Shown: piece by piece, positions 20,628 through 29,889 of the stretch
Numbering within the stretch: the stretch's first letter is position 1
Layout of the letters: each line of letters opens with the position of its first letter
Origin: Prochlorococcus marinus subsp. pastoris str. CCMP1986
GTDB lineage: Bacteria; Cyanobacteriota; Cyanobacteriia; PCC-6307; Cyanobiaceae
Assembly (NCBI RefSeq): GCF_000011465.1
Contig: NC_005072.1
Coordinates: 720,001 to 752,000, forward strand
Direction: 5' to 3'
DNA: 32,000 nt
Position numbers and translations under genes: made by a program
The notes under the pieces: generated by a model
The model's input: only the letters and a program-made list of their open reading frames with translations
The model's database searches: none
What the model was told of the DNA's origin: nothing

Positions 20628-21683
20628 ATGAATAAAAGAATACCTGTAATTGTAATTTCTGGATTTCTTGGGTCTGGTAAGACTACTTTTTTAAGATATT
20701 TACTTAGAGAGAGTAATAAAAAATTTGGGTTAATAATAAACGAATTTGGTGATGTTGGGATTGATGGAGACTTGGTTAAAAGCTGTAATGGTTGTGATGA
20801 TTCAGATGAAGGCTGTATTATTGAATTAAATAATGGTTGTTTATGTTGCACCGTTCAAGATGATTTTATTCCCTCGATAAAATCACTTTTAAATTTTAAT
20901 CCTGACATAGAAGCAATAATCATTGAGACGAGTGGACTTGCCTTACCCTTACCATTGATACAAGCACTCAATTGGCCTGAGATAAGGACATCAATATATC
21001 TTGATGTCGTGATTGGCATAGTCAATGGAGAGTCAATGCTTAAGGGCTCTCCAATAAATGATTTAAATGAAATAACTAATCAGTACGATGAGTTAAATAA
21101 GATTGACCATAATGCATCCATTGACGAACTCTTTGAAGAACAGTTAGAGGTTTCTGATATCGTTCTAATATCTAGAGCAGATGTTTTAAATGAAAAAGAA
21201 TTTAAATCTATCAAAAATTTAATCAAAGAAAAGTTTAATTCAACTGTTCCCATTCTTAAGTCTCTTAATGGCAAAATTGATTTAAAGTATATATTTGATA
21301 TTGATTTAAAAAAGAATAATTATAAAAAATTTATTTCTGAAGAACATGATCATAATCATGTTGAACTTGTCTCTGATTCAGTAAAGTTAAATTATTTTCT
21401 TGACAAAAAAGAATTTGAGAAAGAGATAGCAAACGTTTTAAGTGAAATTGATATTCTTCGAATAAAAGGACGTATATGGATTCCAAAAAAATCATTGCCT
21501 TTGCAAATACAAATAGTTGGAAAAAAAATAAATACTTGGTATGAAGAAGCACCTCTTAATTGTTGGAGGCCAATTGATAGTGGTGGACTTGAATTAGTCA
21601 TAATTTCCTTTGATAGTGAATCGATTAATAAATTTATAAAAAAAATTAAAGAGAAATTTAAGGTTTTAAACGTCCTAAAATAG
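20628..21683 (+). CDS. CobW/COG0523-family GTPase (putative metal chaperone)
   Basis: 351-aa ORF: VISGFLGSGKTTFLRYLL, NEFGDVGIDGDLV, NNGCLCCTVQDD (CxCC), ETSGLALPLPLIQAL, SRADVLNEKE, His-containing EHDHNHVE. Confidence 0.93.
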   Translation: MNKRIPVIVISGFLGSGKTTFLRYLLRESNKKFGLIINEFGDVGIDGDLVKSCNGCDDSDEGCIIELNNGCLCCTVQDDFIPSIKSLLNFNPDIEAIIIETSGLALPLPLIQALNWPEIRTSIYLDVVIGIVNGESMLKGSPINDLNEITNQYDELNKIDHNASIDELFEEQLEVSDIVLISRADVLNEKEFKSIKNLIKEKFNSTVPILKSLNGKIDLKYIFDIDLKKNNYKKFISEEHDHNHVELVSDSVKLNYFLDKKEFEKEIANVLSEIDILRIKGRIWIPKKSLPLQIQIVGKKINTWYEEAPLNCWRPIDSGGLELVIISFDSESINKFIKKIKEKFKVLNVLK

Positions 21684-21737
21684 GCATTTAATTTTATAGT
21701 AGTTTCTGGAAAAATTTCCCTGATTTCTAAATTGAAA

Positions 21738-21905
21738 ATGGAAGATTCAAAAATTGCTTTTAAACCTAGTATCCTTACTGAAGATTCAATTCCTTGTTTT
21801 AAAGTTATTTGTTCTAAATGTGCTGGGTCAGGTAATTTTAAAACTCCTGAAAACTCAAGAAGAACTTGTTTAGAATGTTTTGGTAAGGGTTATGTAAACG
21901 TTTAA
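21738..21905 (+). CDS. 55-aa DnaJ-type cysteine-rich zinc-finger protein, absent from the supplied ORF track
   Basis: Translates to MEDSKIAFKPSILTEDSIPCFKVICSKCAGSGNFKTPENSRRTCLECFGKGYVNV*, with two CxxCxGxG-like knuckles (CSKCAGSG and CLECFGKG). Confidence 0.82.
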   Translation: MEDSKIAFKPSILTEDSIPCFKVICSKCAGSGNFKTPENSRRTCLECFGKGYVNV

Positions 21906-22006
21906 TTAAATTTTTTTGTTTTTAATGATAAAAATATTTGTTTATTAATTAAGAGTACTTTTTTATTAAATTTTAAACTATTCTTCTATTAGAAATAATT
22001 TTTTAA

Positions 22007-22258
22007 TTGGATCAATTTGAAGTTAAAGTTTTTATAAGGTTAAGACCTTCCGTTCTTGATCCAGCAGGAGAGGCAATAAAGTCTGCTTCCAGCAAACTTG
22101 GAGTCGCAGGAATTAAATCTTTAAGAATAGGAAAATTGATTGAAGTTAAAATCGAAAGTAATGAAGAAGATATTAAAGAAAAAATTGAATTATTATGTGA
22201 TCGATTATTTGCTAATACAGTCATTGAAGACTATGAGTATTCAATAAATAAATTATAA
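22007..22258 (+). CDS. purS: Phosphoribosylformylglycinamidine synthase, PurS subunit
   Basis: 83-aa ORF (TTG start): VKVFIRLRPSVLDPAGEAIKSASSKLG, immediately followed by purQ. Confidence 0.95.
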   Translation: MDQFEVKVFIRLRPSVLDPAGEAIKSASSKLGVAGIKSLRIGKLIEVKIESNEEDIKEKIELLCDRLFANTVIEDYEYSINKL

Positions 22259-22924
22259 ATGGCTAGTTTTACGGTTGGTATTGTCGTTTTCCCTGGTTCT
22301 AATTGTGATCGTGATGTTTCCTGGGCTTTAGAAGGTTGTTTAGACATTAAAACAAAATTCTTATGGCATGAATCATCTGATTTGAATGATGTTGATTCAA
22401 TTGTTTTGCCAGGAGGATTTAGTTATGGTGATTATTTAAGATGTGGAGCAATAGCAAGATTCTCTCCATTAATAAATTCTTTACATGACTTTATTAAAAG
22501 CGGAAGACGTGTATTAGGCATATGCAATGGGTTTCAAATTTTAACTGAATCAGGTTTTCTTCCGGGAGCACTTGTTGCTAATAAAAATCTCAATTTCATA
22601 TGTGATGATGTTGACTTGAATGTGATCACTTCGAAAGGAGGTTGGTTTCAAAAGTTAAACGAAAATCAAAATATAAAATTACCAATTGCGCATGGAGAAG
22701 GGTGTTATCATTGCGATCAAGACACTTTAAAAAGACTTGTTGATAATGATTTAATTGCACTGAAATACAAAACTAATCCTAATGGGTCAACTTCTGATAT
22801 AGCTGGTATAACTAATGAGAAAGGAAATGTTTTAGGATTAATGCCTCATCCTGAGCGAGCTTGTGATGAATCTATTGGTGGAATAGATGGTCTCTATACT
22901 TTGAGGTCATTAATTACACAATAA
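22259..22924 (+). CDS. purQ: Phosphoribosylformylglycinamidine synthase, PurQ (glutaminase) subunit
   Basis: 221-aa ORF: [61 protein letters not shown]. Confidence 0.98.
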   Translation: MASFTVGIVVFPGSNCDRDVSWALEGCLDIKTKFLWHESSDLNDVDSIVLPGGFSYGDYLRCGAIARFSPLINSLHDFIKSGRRVLGICNGFQILTESGFLPGALVANKNLNFICDDVDLNVITSKGGWFQKLNENQNIKLPIAHGEGCYHCDQDTLKRLVDNDLIALKYKTNPNGSTSDIAGITNEKGNVLGLMPHPERACDESIGGIDGLYTLRSLITQ

Positions 22925-22954
22925 AAAAAGACCTCAAATGTTGAGGTCTTTTTT
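22925..22954. terminator. Strong Rho-independent, potentially bidirectional terminator between convergent purQ and fba
   Basis: aaaaagacctcaa-atg-ttgaggtctttttt: perfect stem with A-tract 5' and T-tract 3', so it could serve both strands. It begins immediately after the purQ stop. Confidence 0.92.
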
Positions 22955-22974
22955 ATTTAGACTTTTCTTAAATA

Positions 22975-24048
22975 TTAAACTGCTGCTTTTACTTTTGGAT
23001 CTAAGTTTCCTTTCGCATAAAGATCAGCGTAATAATTTGTGCTGCTTTGTTTGATCTTACTTGCTTGACCTTCGCACCAGAATTGCTTATATCTATCAAG
23101 ACAAACTTGCTTCATGTATTTTCTGGCAGGTTTATTGAAATGTCTTGGATCGAAGTTTGCTGTGTCTGCAAAAGCAGCTTCTCTAACTGCGGCTGTAAAT
23201 GCAAGTCTATTATCAGTATCGATATTAACTTTCCTTACCCCGTTTCTGATGCCCTCTTGAATTTCTTCTACAGGTACACCGTATGTCTGTGGAATTTCCC
23301 CACCATATTTGTTAATTATATCTAACCATTCTTGAGGAACCGAACTAGATCCATGCATTACAAGGTGAGTATTTGGTAGAGCTTTATGGATCTCAGCAAT
23401 TCTGCTTATCGCAAGAACCTCTCCTGTTGGCTTTCTTGTGAATTTATATGCACCATGACTTGTTCCTATTGCTATGGCTAAAGCATCAACTTTTGTTTTC
23501 GCTACAAAGTCTGCAGCTTCTTCAGGATCAGTTAAAAGCATATCTGTTGAAAGTTCACCTTCGAATCCATGACCATCTTCAGCTTCACCTTTCCCTGTCT
23601 CTAAGGATCCTAAGCAACCTAATTCTCCCTCAACACTAACTCCCACTGAATGTGCGAAGTCTACTACTTTTTTTGTTACGGCAACATTATATTCATAACT
23701 TGCGGGTGTTTTTGCATCTGCCTCTAAAGATCCGTCCATCATTACTGAGGTAAAACCATTAATAGCTGCTGAATAACAAGTTGATGGCTCATTACCATGA
23801 TCTTGATGCATTACAACTGGAATATTTGGATAAGTTTCTGTTGCAGCAAGGATCAGGTGACGAAGGAAAATTTCTCCAGCATAATTTCTTGCTCCTCTTG
23901 AAGCTTGAAGAATTACAGGGCTATCAGTTTCGTAAGCAGCCTCCATGATCGCTTGAACCTGTTCAAGATTATTGACATTAAAAGCTGGTATACCGTAACG
24001 ATTCTCGGCTGCGTGATCTAAAAGTAGTCTCAGTGGAACGAGGGCCAT
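22975..24048 (-). CDS. fbaA: Class II fructose-bisphosphate aldolase (Calvin-cycle type)
   Basis: 357-aa ORF: [66 protein letters not shown]. Confidence 0.96.
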   Translation of the reverse strand: MALVPLRLLLDHAAENRYGIPAFNVNNLEQVQAIMEAAYETDSPVILQASRGARNYAGEIFLRHLILAATETYPNIPVVMHQDHGNEPSTCYSAAINGFTSVMMDGSLEADAKTPASYEYNVAVTKKVVDFAHSVGVSVEGELGCLGSLETGKGEAEDGHGFEGELSTDMLLTDPEEAADFVAKTKVDALAIAIGTSHGAYKFTRKPTGEVLAISRIAEIHKALPNTHLVMHGSSSVPQEWLDIINKYGGEIPQTYGVPVEEIQEGIRNGVRKVNIDTDNRLAFTAAVREAAFADTANFDPRHFNKPARKYMKQVCLDRYKQFWCEGQASKIKQSSTNYYADLYAKGNLDPKVKAAV

Positions 24049-24190
24049 AATTAAAAATTAATTAGATGCTTAAGAAAAAATAAGCAATATGTTCCGAGAT
24101 TTTAATATATAGAGGGATCAAATGTCACGTCATTAGATATACAAATCACTAAAAAATCGAGTAATAATTGTTACTCAGCAATTTATTTAG

Positions 24191-25294
24191 CTAAATTTTT
24201 ATAGAAATACCACTCTCAGAGGATCTTCTTATTGCTTCACAAACTCTTTGACTAGTAAGTCCCTCAGACAATCCAGGGATTACAGGTGTTTGATTATTGA
24301 TACTCTCAGCCCATAAATTGTGAATTCTCTTAACAGGTGCAATTCTTCCATCAGACCAGGTTTTTTCAAAATTGTAGAGAGGATCCGCAGGCAAATTATA
24401 TGTTTTATCCTCTTTGTTTGAAAATTTTAAATTAAAACCATGTACGTAATCTTTTTGATTCTCACTGCTTAGGAAAAGTGAACCTTCACTTCCGTACACT
24501 TCCAAACTAAATCCTCTTCCATTTTTTGAAATCGAGGATAATGAAACCTGACATGGTATGAGAGCGCTATCGTAATTAGTTATTTCAAGGTTAGCTATAC
24601 AAATATCTTCACTTGTTACTTCCAATATCTTGGAGGAATTAGACAATGATCTTTCATTAATTGATGTTGATATTTTTCCAGATACTTTTATCGATTCTCC
24701 AAAAAACCAGTTCAACATATCGAATGCATGAGTTCCCAAAGCTCCAATTACTCCTCCCCCTTTTTCTCTTAATGAATACCAGTTCCATGCTCTCTTGGGA
24801 TCAGATCTGCTGCCCATTAACCAATCAAGTTTAATTAAATAAATTTTACCTAAAATATTCTCATCAATTATTTTCTTGGTTTGTAGAAAAAGAGGTACTG
24901 CTCTATATTCAAAATCTACGCAAACACTCAAATTATTAATTAAGGATATTCTTTGGAGTTCTTCAATTTCTTCGGAAGTTAAGGCAACAGGTTTTTCTAA
25001 TAAGAGATGTTTATTATTCTCTAGTGCTTCCTTTGCTAATTTAAATCTTGATTCAGGAGATGTAGCAATTATTATACCGTCGATATCTTTAGATTTAACT
25101 AATTTTCCCCAATCATGATAAAAATTTAAACCGGTTTCTTTCTCTAATGATGGTCCTTTTTCTTTTTTATAGTGATAAATTGTAGTTGGAATTAAGTAAT
25201 CTGATTCTTTTAAAGCTTCTAAATGAATTTTTTTTCCAAATCCTAAGCCAGCAATTGCGATTCTTAATTTTCGTGAAATATTAATGTTAGTCAT
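24191..25294 (-). CDS. Gfo/Idh/MocA-family oxidoreductase
   Basis: 367-aa ORF: RIAIAGLGFGKKIHLEAL, GIIIATSPESRFKLAKEALENNKHLLLEKPVAL, GGGVIGALGTHAFDMLNWFFG. Confidence 0.9.
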   Translation of the reverse strand: MTNINISRKLRIAIAGLGFGKKIHLEALKESDYLIPTTIYHYKKEKGPSLEKETGLNFYHDWGKLVKSKDIDGIIIATSPESRFKLAKEALENNKHLLLEKPVALTSEEIEELQRISLINNLSVCVDFEYRAVPLFLQTKKIIDENILGKIYLIKLDWLMGSRSDPKRAWNWYSLREKGGGVIGALGTHAFDMLNWFFGESIKVSGKISTSINERSLSNSSKILEVTSEDICIANLEITNYDSALIPCQVSLSSISKNGRGFSLEVYGSEGSLFLSSENQKDYVHGFNLKFSNKEDKTYNLPADPLYNFEKTWSDGRIAPVKRIHNLWAESINNQTPVIPGLSEGLTSQRVCEAIRRSSESGISIKI

Positions 25295-25683
25295 TAATCT
25301 ATTTTTTCAGAACAACCTTTTTCAATAACAACATCAATAAGCTCATCATTATTTGAAGTTTGCCACTTTGAACCGAACTGTGGGATGCCATTAATTGAAG
25401 TATCTTTATATGTTTTATCATTACAATTAATTCTCATAACATAAAGAGATAATTCTTCTTTATCGCTTGGTTCTTTAGGATTTTTAAGGAACTTTGTTAA
25501 AACTGTTATTTCTCCAGCATTTATTTCCTTAATACTTCCCATATCAATCCATTCCTTACCATCATTATTTTCTTTTAAAAGTACCCAATCTACATTACCG
25601 ATACCATATGCAAATTCAGAGTTATTTAAAATTAGAATTAAAAAGGTAAAACATAAAGAAAAAAATTTAAAAATAATATTCAT
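25294..25683 (-). CDS. Small secreted hypothetical protein
   Basis: 129-aa ORF with hydrophobic N-terminal signal (FFSLCFTFLILILNNSEFAYG) and a compact domain with two cysteines (RINCNDK and EKGCSE). Confidence 0.7.
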   Translation of the reverse strand: MNIIFKFFSLCFTFLILILNNSEFAYGIGNVDWVLLKENNDGKEWIDMGSIKEINAGEITVLTKFLKNPKEPSDKEELSLYVMRINCNDKTYKDTSINGIPQFGSKWQTSNNDELIDVVIEKGCSEKID

Positions 25684-25687
25684 TTTT

Positions 25688-26566
25688 TTAATTTGTCTGA
25701 ACCAGTTCTTTTACACCATGGATTTTTAAAAGTTTTGTCAAAGTGCTTTTAAGTTCCTTCCTATTTACGATTACATCAACGAATCCATGTTCTAAAAGAT
25801 ATTCTGCTGTTTGAAAATTATCAGGTAATTTTTCTCTTAAAGTTTGTTCTATTACTCTTCTCCCCGCAAATCCAATAAGAGCTTTTGGCTCCGCCAATAT
25901 TAGATCTCCTAACATCGCAAAACTAGCAGTAACTCCACCTGTAGTTGGATGAGTTAATAAAGGCATGTAAAGAAGATTTTTAGCTCTATGTTTTTTTAGT
26001 GCGCCTGATATTTTTGCCATTTGCATAAGGCTTAACATTCCTTCTTGCATTCTTGCTCCACCAGAGGCACAAACAATTAAAATTGGATAGTTTTTAATTG
26101 TTGCTGTTTCAACAATTCTCGTAATCTTTTCTCCTACTACGGATCCCATTGATCCCCCCATAAATCTAAAATCCATTACTGCTAAGGCCAAAGGCATTGA
26201 ATTAACGGAGCATAAACCAGTTATTACTCCATCTTTGAGACCAGTACCCTGTTGACTCTCCTTTATTCGTTCTGAATAAGATCTCCTATCCTTAAATTTT
26301 AATGGGTCAGTGGGACTTAATGATTCATCAAACTCTTTAAATGAATCTTTGTCAGCAATTATATTTATTCTTTCATCGCTATTAATCCTATTATGATGGC
26401 CACAATTACTGCACACATTAAAATTTGAAATTAAATCTTTTCTATAAGCAACTTGCCCACATTCTGAACATTTAACCCAAAGACCATCACTTTCCTCAGG
26501 ATCTTGAGATACCTTCCCAACAAATTGATCTTTTCTCCTTGCGGCAAACCAGTCGATTAAAGACAC
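25688..26566 (-). CDS. accD: Acetyl-CoA carboxylase carboxyltransferase subunit beta
   Basis: 292-aa ORF: zinc-finger [75 protein letters not shown]. Confidence 0.98.
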   Translation of the reverse strand: MSLIDWFAARRKDQFVGKVSQDPEESDGLWVKCSECGQVAYRKDLISNFNVCSNCGHHNRINSDERINIIADKDSFKEFDESLSPTDPLKFKDRRSYSERIKESQQGTGLKDGVITGLCSVNSMPLALAVMDFRFMGGSMGSVVGEKITRIVETATIKNYPILIVCASGGARMQEGMLSLMQMAKISGALKKHRAKNLLYMPLLTHPTTGGVTASFAMLGDLILAEPKALIGFAGRRVIEQTLREKLPDNFQTAEYLLEHGFVDVIVNRKELKSTLTKLLKIHGVKELVQTN

Positions 26567-26695
26567 AATATCCTCTGTTTTTTTCTATTTAAGTCTAAAT
26601 AAGGCCCTTTTATCAAGGAAGATATATAAATATTTGAAATTCCTAATTAGTTAAATTTTACAAATACCATAATAAGTTTATTTTCATGAATTTAT

Positions 26696-26725
26696 GCCTT
26701 CAAAAATTAAGATTATTTTGAAGGC
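26696..26725. other. Perfect 10-bp-stem hairpin between prk and accD
   Basis: gccttcaaaa-attaagatta-ttttgaaggc; no T-tract follows it on the minus strand. Confidence 0.55.
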
Positions 26726-26749
26726 TTAAGTAAAAGGAACTAAAACTAT

Positions 26750-27649
26750 CTACGAATGTTTTTTTTCTTCAATCATTTTATGGATTATTGGAGTGAGGAT
26801 CAATTCCATGGCAAAACCCATTTTCCCTCCATTAACAACTATGCTCGTTGGGCTTGACATGAATGAATCATGAATCATTCCCAAAAGATATTGAAAGTCA
26901 ATCCCCCATTTTTCTCTTGCCCCTTTTCTGAAATGTATTATTACAAAACTTTCATCTGGTGTAGGAATGTTTCTACATATAAAGGGATTCGATGTATCAA
27001 TAGTAGGTATTCTCTGGAAATTGATATCCGTTTTACTAAATTGTGGACAAATATGATTTATGTAGTCTGGCATTCTTCTCAAAATAGTATCAACTATGGT
27101 TTCTGCTGAATAACCTCTTTCAGCATTATCCCGATGTATTTTTTGTATCCACTCTAAGTTTGTAATAGGTACAACACCAACAAGTAAGTCTGCATAGGAG
27201 GAAACATTGTATCCTTCTCCCTCAACACCACCATGTAAACCTTCGTAGAAAAGAACATCTGTTCCATTTGGAATATCTTCCCAGGGGGTGAATTGACCTG
27301 GTTCTAATGATGTTCCAAGTCTTGCATTATGTTCCTGTGCTTCTTCAGTGCTGTGAAGATAATATCTTTTTTTACCTCCACCTGATTCACCATAAATTTT
27401 AAAAAGTTCTTCTAATTTGTCAAAAAGATTTGCTTCTGGCCCGAAGTGAGAAAAATTCTCCCCTTTTGAGAGTGCTTCTGCCATTGCTTTTTTCATAGGC
27501 ATTCTTTCAAATCTGTGATAACTATCTCCTTCCACAACAGCTGGAACTATATCTTCTCTTGCAAAAATATGCTCAAATGCTCTTTTTACTGTACTTGTTC
27601 CTGCACCTGATGATCCTGTTACAGCAACTACTGGATGACGTTTAGACAT
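26750..27649 (-). CDS. prk: Phosphoribulokinase, class I (short, proteobacterial-type)
   Basis: 299-aa ORF: VTGSSGAGTSTVKRAFEHIF, VVEGDSYHRFERMPM, NFSHFGPEANLFDKLEELF, FYEGLHGG, DTILRRMPDYINHICPQF, NFQRIPTIDTSNPFI, VVNGGKMGFAMELILTPI, the pattern of CbbP class I enzymes. Confidence 0.94.
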   Translation of the reverse strand: MSKRHPVVAVTGSSGAGTSTVKRAFEHIFAREDIVPAVVEGDSYHRFERMPMKKAMAEALSKGENFSHFGPEANLFDKLEELFKIYGESGGGKKRYYLHSTEEAQEHNARLGTSLEPGQFTPWEDIPNGTDVLFYEGLHGGVEGEGYNVSSYADLLVGVVPITNLEWIQKIHRDNAERGYSAETIVDTILRRMPDYINHICPQFSKTDINFQRIPTIDTSNPFICRNIPTPDESFVIIHFRKGAREKWGIDFQYLLGMIHDSFMSSPTSIVVNGGKMGFAMELILTPIIHKMIEEKKHS

Positions 27650-27738
27650 TTAATTAAAACAATATCCATTGATTCTGACAGGTCATATGCCAACTTTTGT
27701 TCAAGTTAAAGATATTTTTTAATTTATTAATTTTTTAT

Positions 27739-28812
27739 TCAAATTTCTTGGATTATTTTTTCTCCAATTTCACTACAAGAAAGAACTTGGCAATTACCAT
27801 TATCTAGATCTGAAGTTCTATATCCTTTCGATAAAACATTATCAATTGCTATTTCTATATCATCAGCTGCTTCTATCTCATTTAGACCAATTTTAAGCAT
27901 CATTGAAGTAGACAAAGCCATTGCTATAGGATTAGCTATATTTTTTCCAGCTATATCAGGAGCGGAACCATGAACAGGTTCAAAGACTCCAGGTCCTGAA
28001 TTGCTTAATGATGCTGATGGAAGCATTCCAATCGAGCCAGTTATCATTGCGGCTAGGTCACTTAAAATATCTCCAAATAAATTACTAGTTAAAATTACAT
28101 CAAATTGGCCCGGATCCTTAACGAGTTGCATGGCGGCATTATCAACATACATATTACTTAAAGCTAAATCGTTTTCTTTTGACGCGACTAGTGAAACTGT
28201 ATCTCTCCATAATTGGCTTACTTCTAAAACGTTTGATTTATCTACCGAACATATTTTTTTACTTCTTTGATTTGCTATCTTGATTGCAACTTCTGTAATT
28301 CTTTCTATTTCGTTTGAATCATAAACCATTGTATTGAAAGCTTTTTTAATTTTAGTTTGCGTGATCTCTCCTCTAGGCTGTCCAAAATAGATTCCACCTA
28401 TTAGCTCTCTTACTACAATTAAATCTACATTTTCAATAACTTCTTTTTTAAAAGAACTTGAATCCAGTAAGGATTTTCTTATCTTTACGGGTCTAATATT
28501 AGCGAATAAATTTAATGCTTCTCTTAATTTAAGTAAACCACTTTCTGGTCTTAATTCTCTTGGTAAAGTATCGTATTTCACATCACCTACACAAGCCAAA
28601 AGTACAGCATCACTAGCTTTACATTGATCTAATGTCTCTTTTGGCGCTGGATCATTATGTTTCTCATAAGCTATACCACCAAAATATTCTTCCTTAATAT
28701 CAAGATTAAAACCATACTTCTTAGACAGTTTTTTTAATATGGTTATTGAAATTTCTGATATTTCTGGGCCTATACCATCTCCAGAAAGTAGAACAACTTT
28801 ATATCTTTTCAT
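27739..28812 (-). CDS. leuB: 3-isopropylmalate dehydrogenase
   Basis: 357-aa ORF: VVLLSGDGIGPEI, LRPESGLLKLREALNLFANIRPVK, VRELIGGIYFGQPRG, TSNLFGDILSDLAAMITGSIGMLPSASL, EPVHGSAPDIAGKNIANP. Confidence 0.98.
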   Translation of the reverse strand: MKRYKVVLLSGDGIGPEISEISITILKKLSKKYGFNLDIKEEYFGGIAYEKHNDPAPKETLDQCKASDAVLLACVGDVKYDTLPRELRPESGLLKLREALNLFANIRPVKIRKSLLDSSSFKKEVIENVDLIVVRELIGGIYFGQPRGEITQTKIKKAFNTMVYDSNEIERITEVAIKIANQRSKKICSVDKSNVLEVSQLWRDTVSLVASKENDLALSNMYVDNAAMQLVKDPGQFDVILTSNLFGDILSDLAAMITGSIGMLPSASLSNSGPGVFEPVHGSAPDIAGKNIANPIAMALSTSMMLKIGLNEIEAADDIEIAIDNVLSKGYRTSDLDNGNCQVLSCSEIGEKIIQEI

Positions 28813-28840
28813 TTAGTTTTTAATTTATTAAAAGAATAAT

Positions 28841-29875
28841 TTATTTCTTGTCTAGTTGTCTAAGCTTTTTTGCTAATTCAGGTAGTTTTTTAAAAACACT
28901 TGAACTCCTTAACCAAGATTTATTTTTCATAGCTGGGAAGCCACTAACAACTTCTCCATCTTCAATATCACAATGGATCCCACATTTTGAACTAGCTATG
29001 ACATTATTCCCAACTTTCACTCTGTTATTAACTCCTACTTGTCCAGCTAGGATTACGCTATTTCCAATCACAGCTCCTCCTGCTATTCCAACTTGAGCAG
29101 CAAATGCACAATTTTTTCCTATTTTAACTCCATGACCTATTTGAACTAAGTTATCCATCTTAGTTCCTTCATCTATAAATGTATTACCAACAGATGGCCT
29201 ATCAATACAACAGTTTGTCCCAATTTCAACAAAGCTCTTTATTATTACACAACCTTTTTGAGGCATTTTAATCCACTTACCATCTTGGGGAATAAAACCA
29301 AACCCTTCAGAACCTATGACAGTATTTGAATTTATTACACAATTATTTTCAATGCTTGTGTTTTCATAAATTACACAATTCGGATGAATTACATTATTAT
29401 TTCCTAATCTTACGTTTCCTAAAATAGTTGTACCAGGAAAAATTTTGTTATTGTCGCCAATAATTGAATTTTCGCCAATATAAACATTAGGTCCTACATA
29501 ACAATTTTTCCCTACTTTTGCAGAACTTTTGATAACAGCTGAATCGTCAATACCTGGGTTGAAATTAATTTCTTCATATAGAAAATTTAATACTTCCGCA
29601 AATGCTATTCTTGGATTCTCTACAACTATATTTGAAATATTTAGTGATTCTAGTAAACCTAATATTTCATTATTATTAGATGTAATAATTGCTGAAGCAG
29701 ATGTTTTTCCTAAATTATCTTTCAATATATTATTTTCTTCTAAAAAGGATATTTGATTTTTTAATGCAATATCTATAGAAGCAGCATTTTCTATATCTAT
29801 ATTTTCGAATATGTTTGCTTTGATAAATTTTGATTCTCCACTTTTTATGAGATCAACTAATTTACTTAATAACAT
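28841..29875 (-). CDS. lpxD: UDP-3-O-(3-hydroxymyristoyl)glucosamine N-acyltransferase
   Basis: 344-aa ORF with left-handed beta-helix hexapeptide repeats (VGPNVYIGENSIIGDNNKIFPGTTILGNVRLG) and GSEGFGF, VQIGHGVKIGKN. Confidence 0.95.
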   Translation of the reverse strand: MLLSKLVDLIKSGESKFIKANIFENIDIENAASIDIALKNQISFLEENNILKDNLGKTSASAIITSNNNEILGLLESLNISNIVVENPRIAFAEVLNFLYEEINFNPGIDDSAVIKSSAKVGKNCYVGPNVYIGENSIIGDNNKIFPGTTILGNVRLGNNNVIHPNCVIYENTSIENNCVINSNTVIGSEGFGFIPQDGKWIKMPQKGCVIIKSFVEIGTNCCIDRPSVGNTFIDEGTKMDNLVQIGHGVKIGKNCAFAAQVGIAGGAVIGNSVILAGQVGVNNRVKVGNNVIASSKCGIHCDIEDGEVVSGFPAMKNKSWLRSSSVFKKLPELAKKLRQLDKK

Positions 29876-29889
29876 TTTTTGATTTTATT

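Noticed and set aside
20615-20851. 78-aa minus-strand ORF between the pentapeptide and CobW genes
   Set aside because: Antisense to the CobW P-loop region, where sense-strand evidence is strong.
21331-21552. 73-aa plus-strand and 69-aa minus-strand ORFs inside CobW
   Set aside because: Alternative frames of a clear coding region; no independent support.
21906-22006. AT-rich gap between the zinc-finger ORF and purS as a possible small RNA locus
   Set aside because: Very T/A-rich with no convincing stem or terminator; plain AT-rich intergenic sequence explains it.
24049-24190. About 140-nt gap between fba and the Gfo/Idh gene as a possible ncRNA or riboswitch
   Set aside because: No clear stem-loop or conserved riboswitch core recognised by eye; most likely the fba promoter and leader. 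An Infernal/Rfam scan would be needed.
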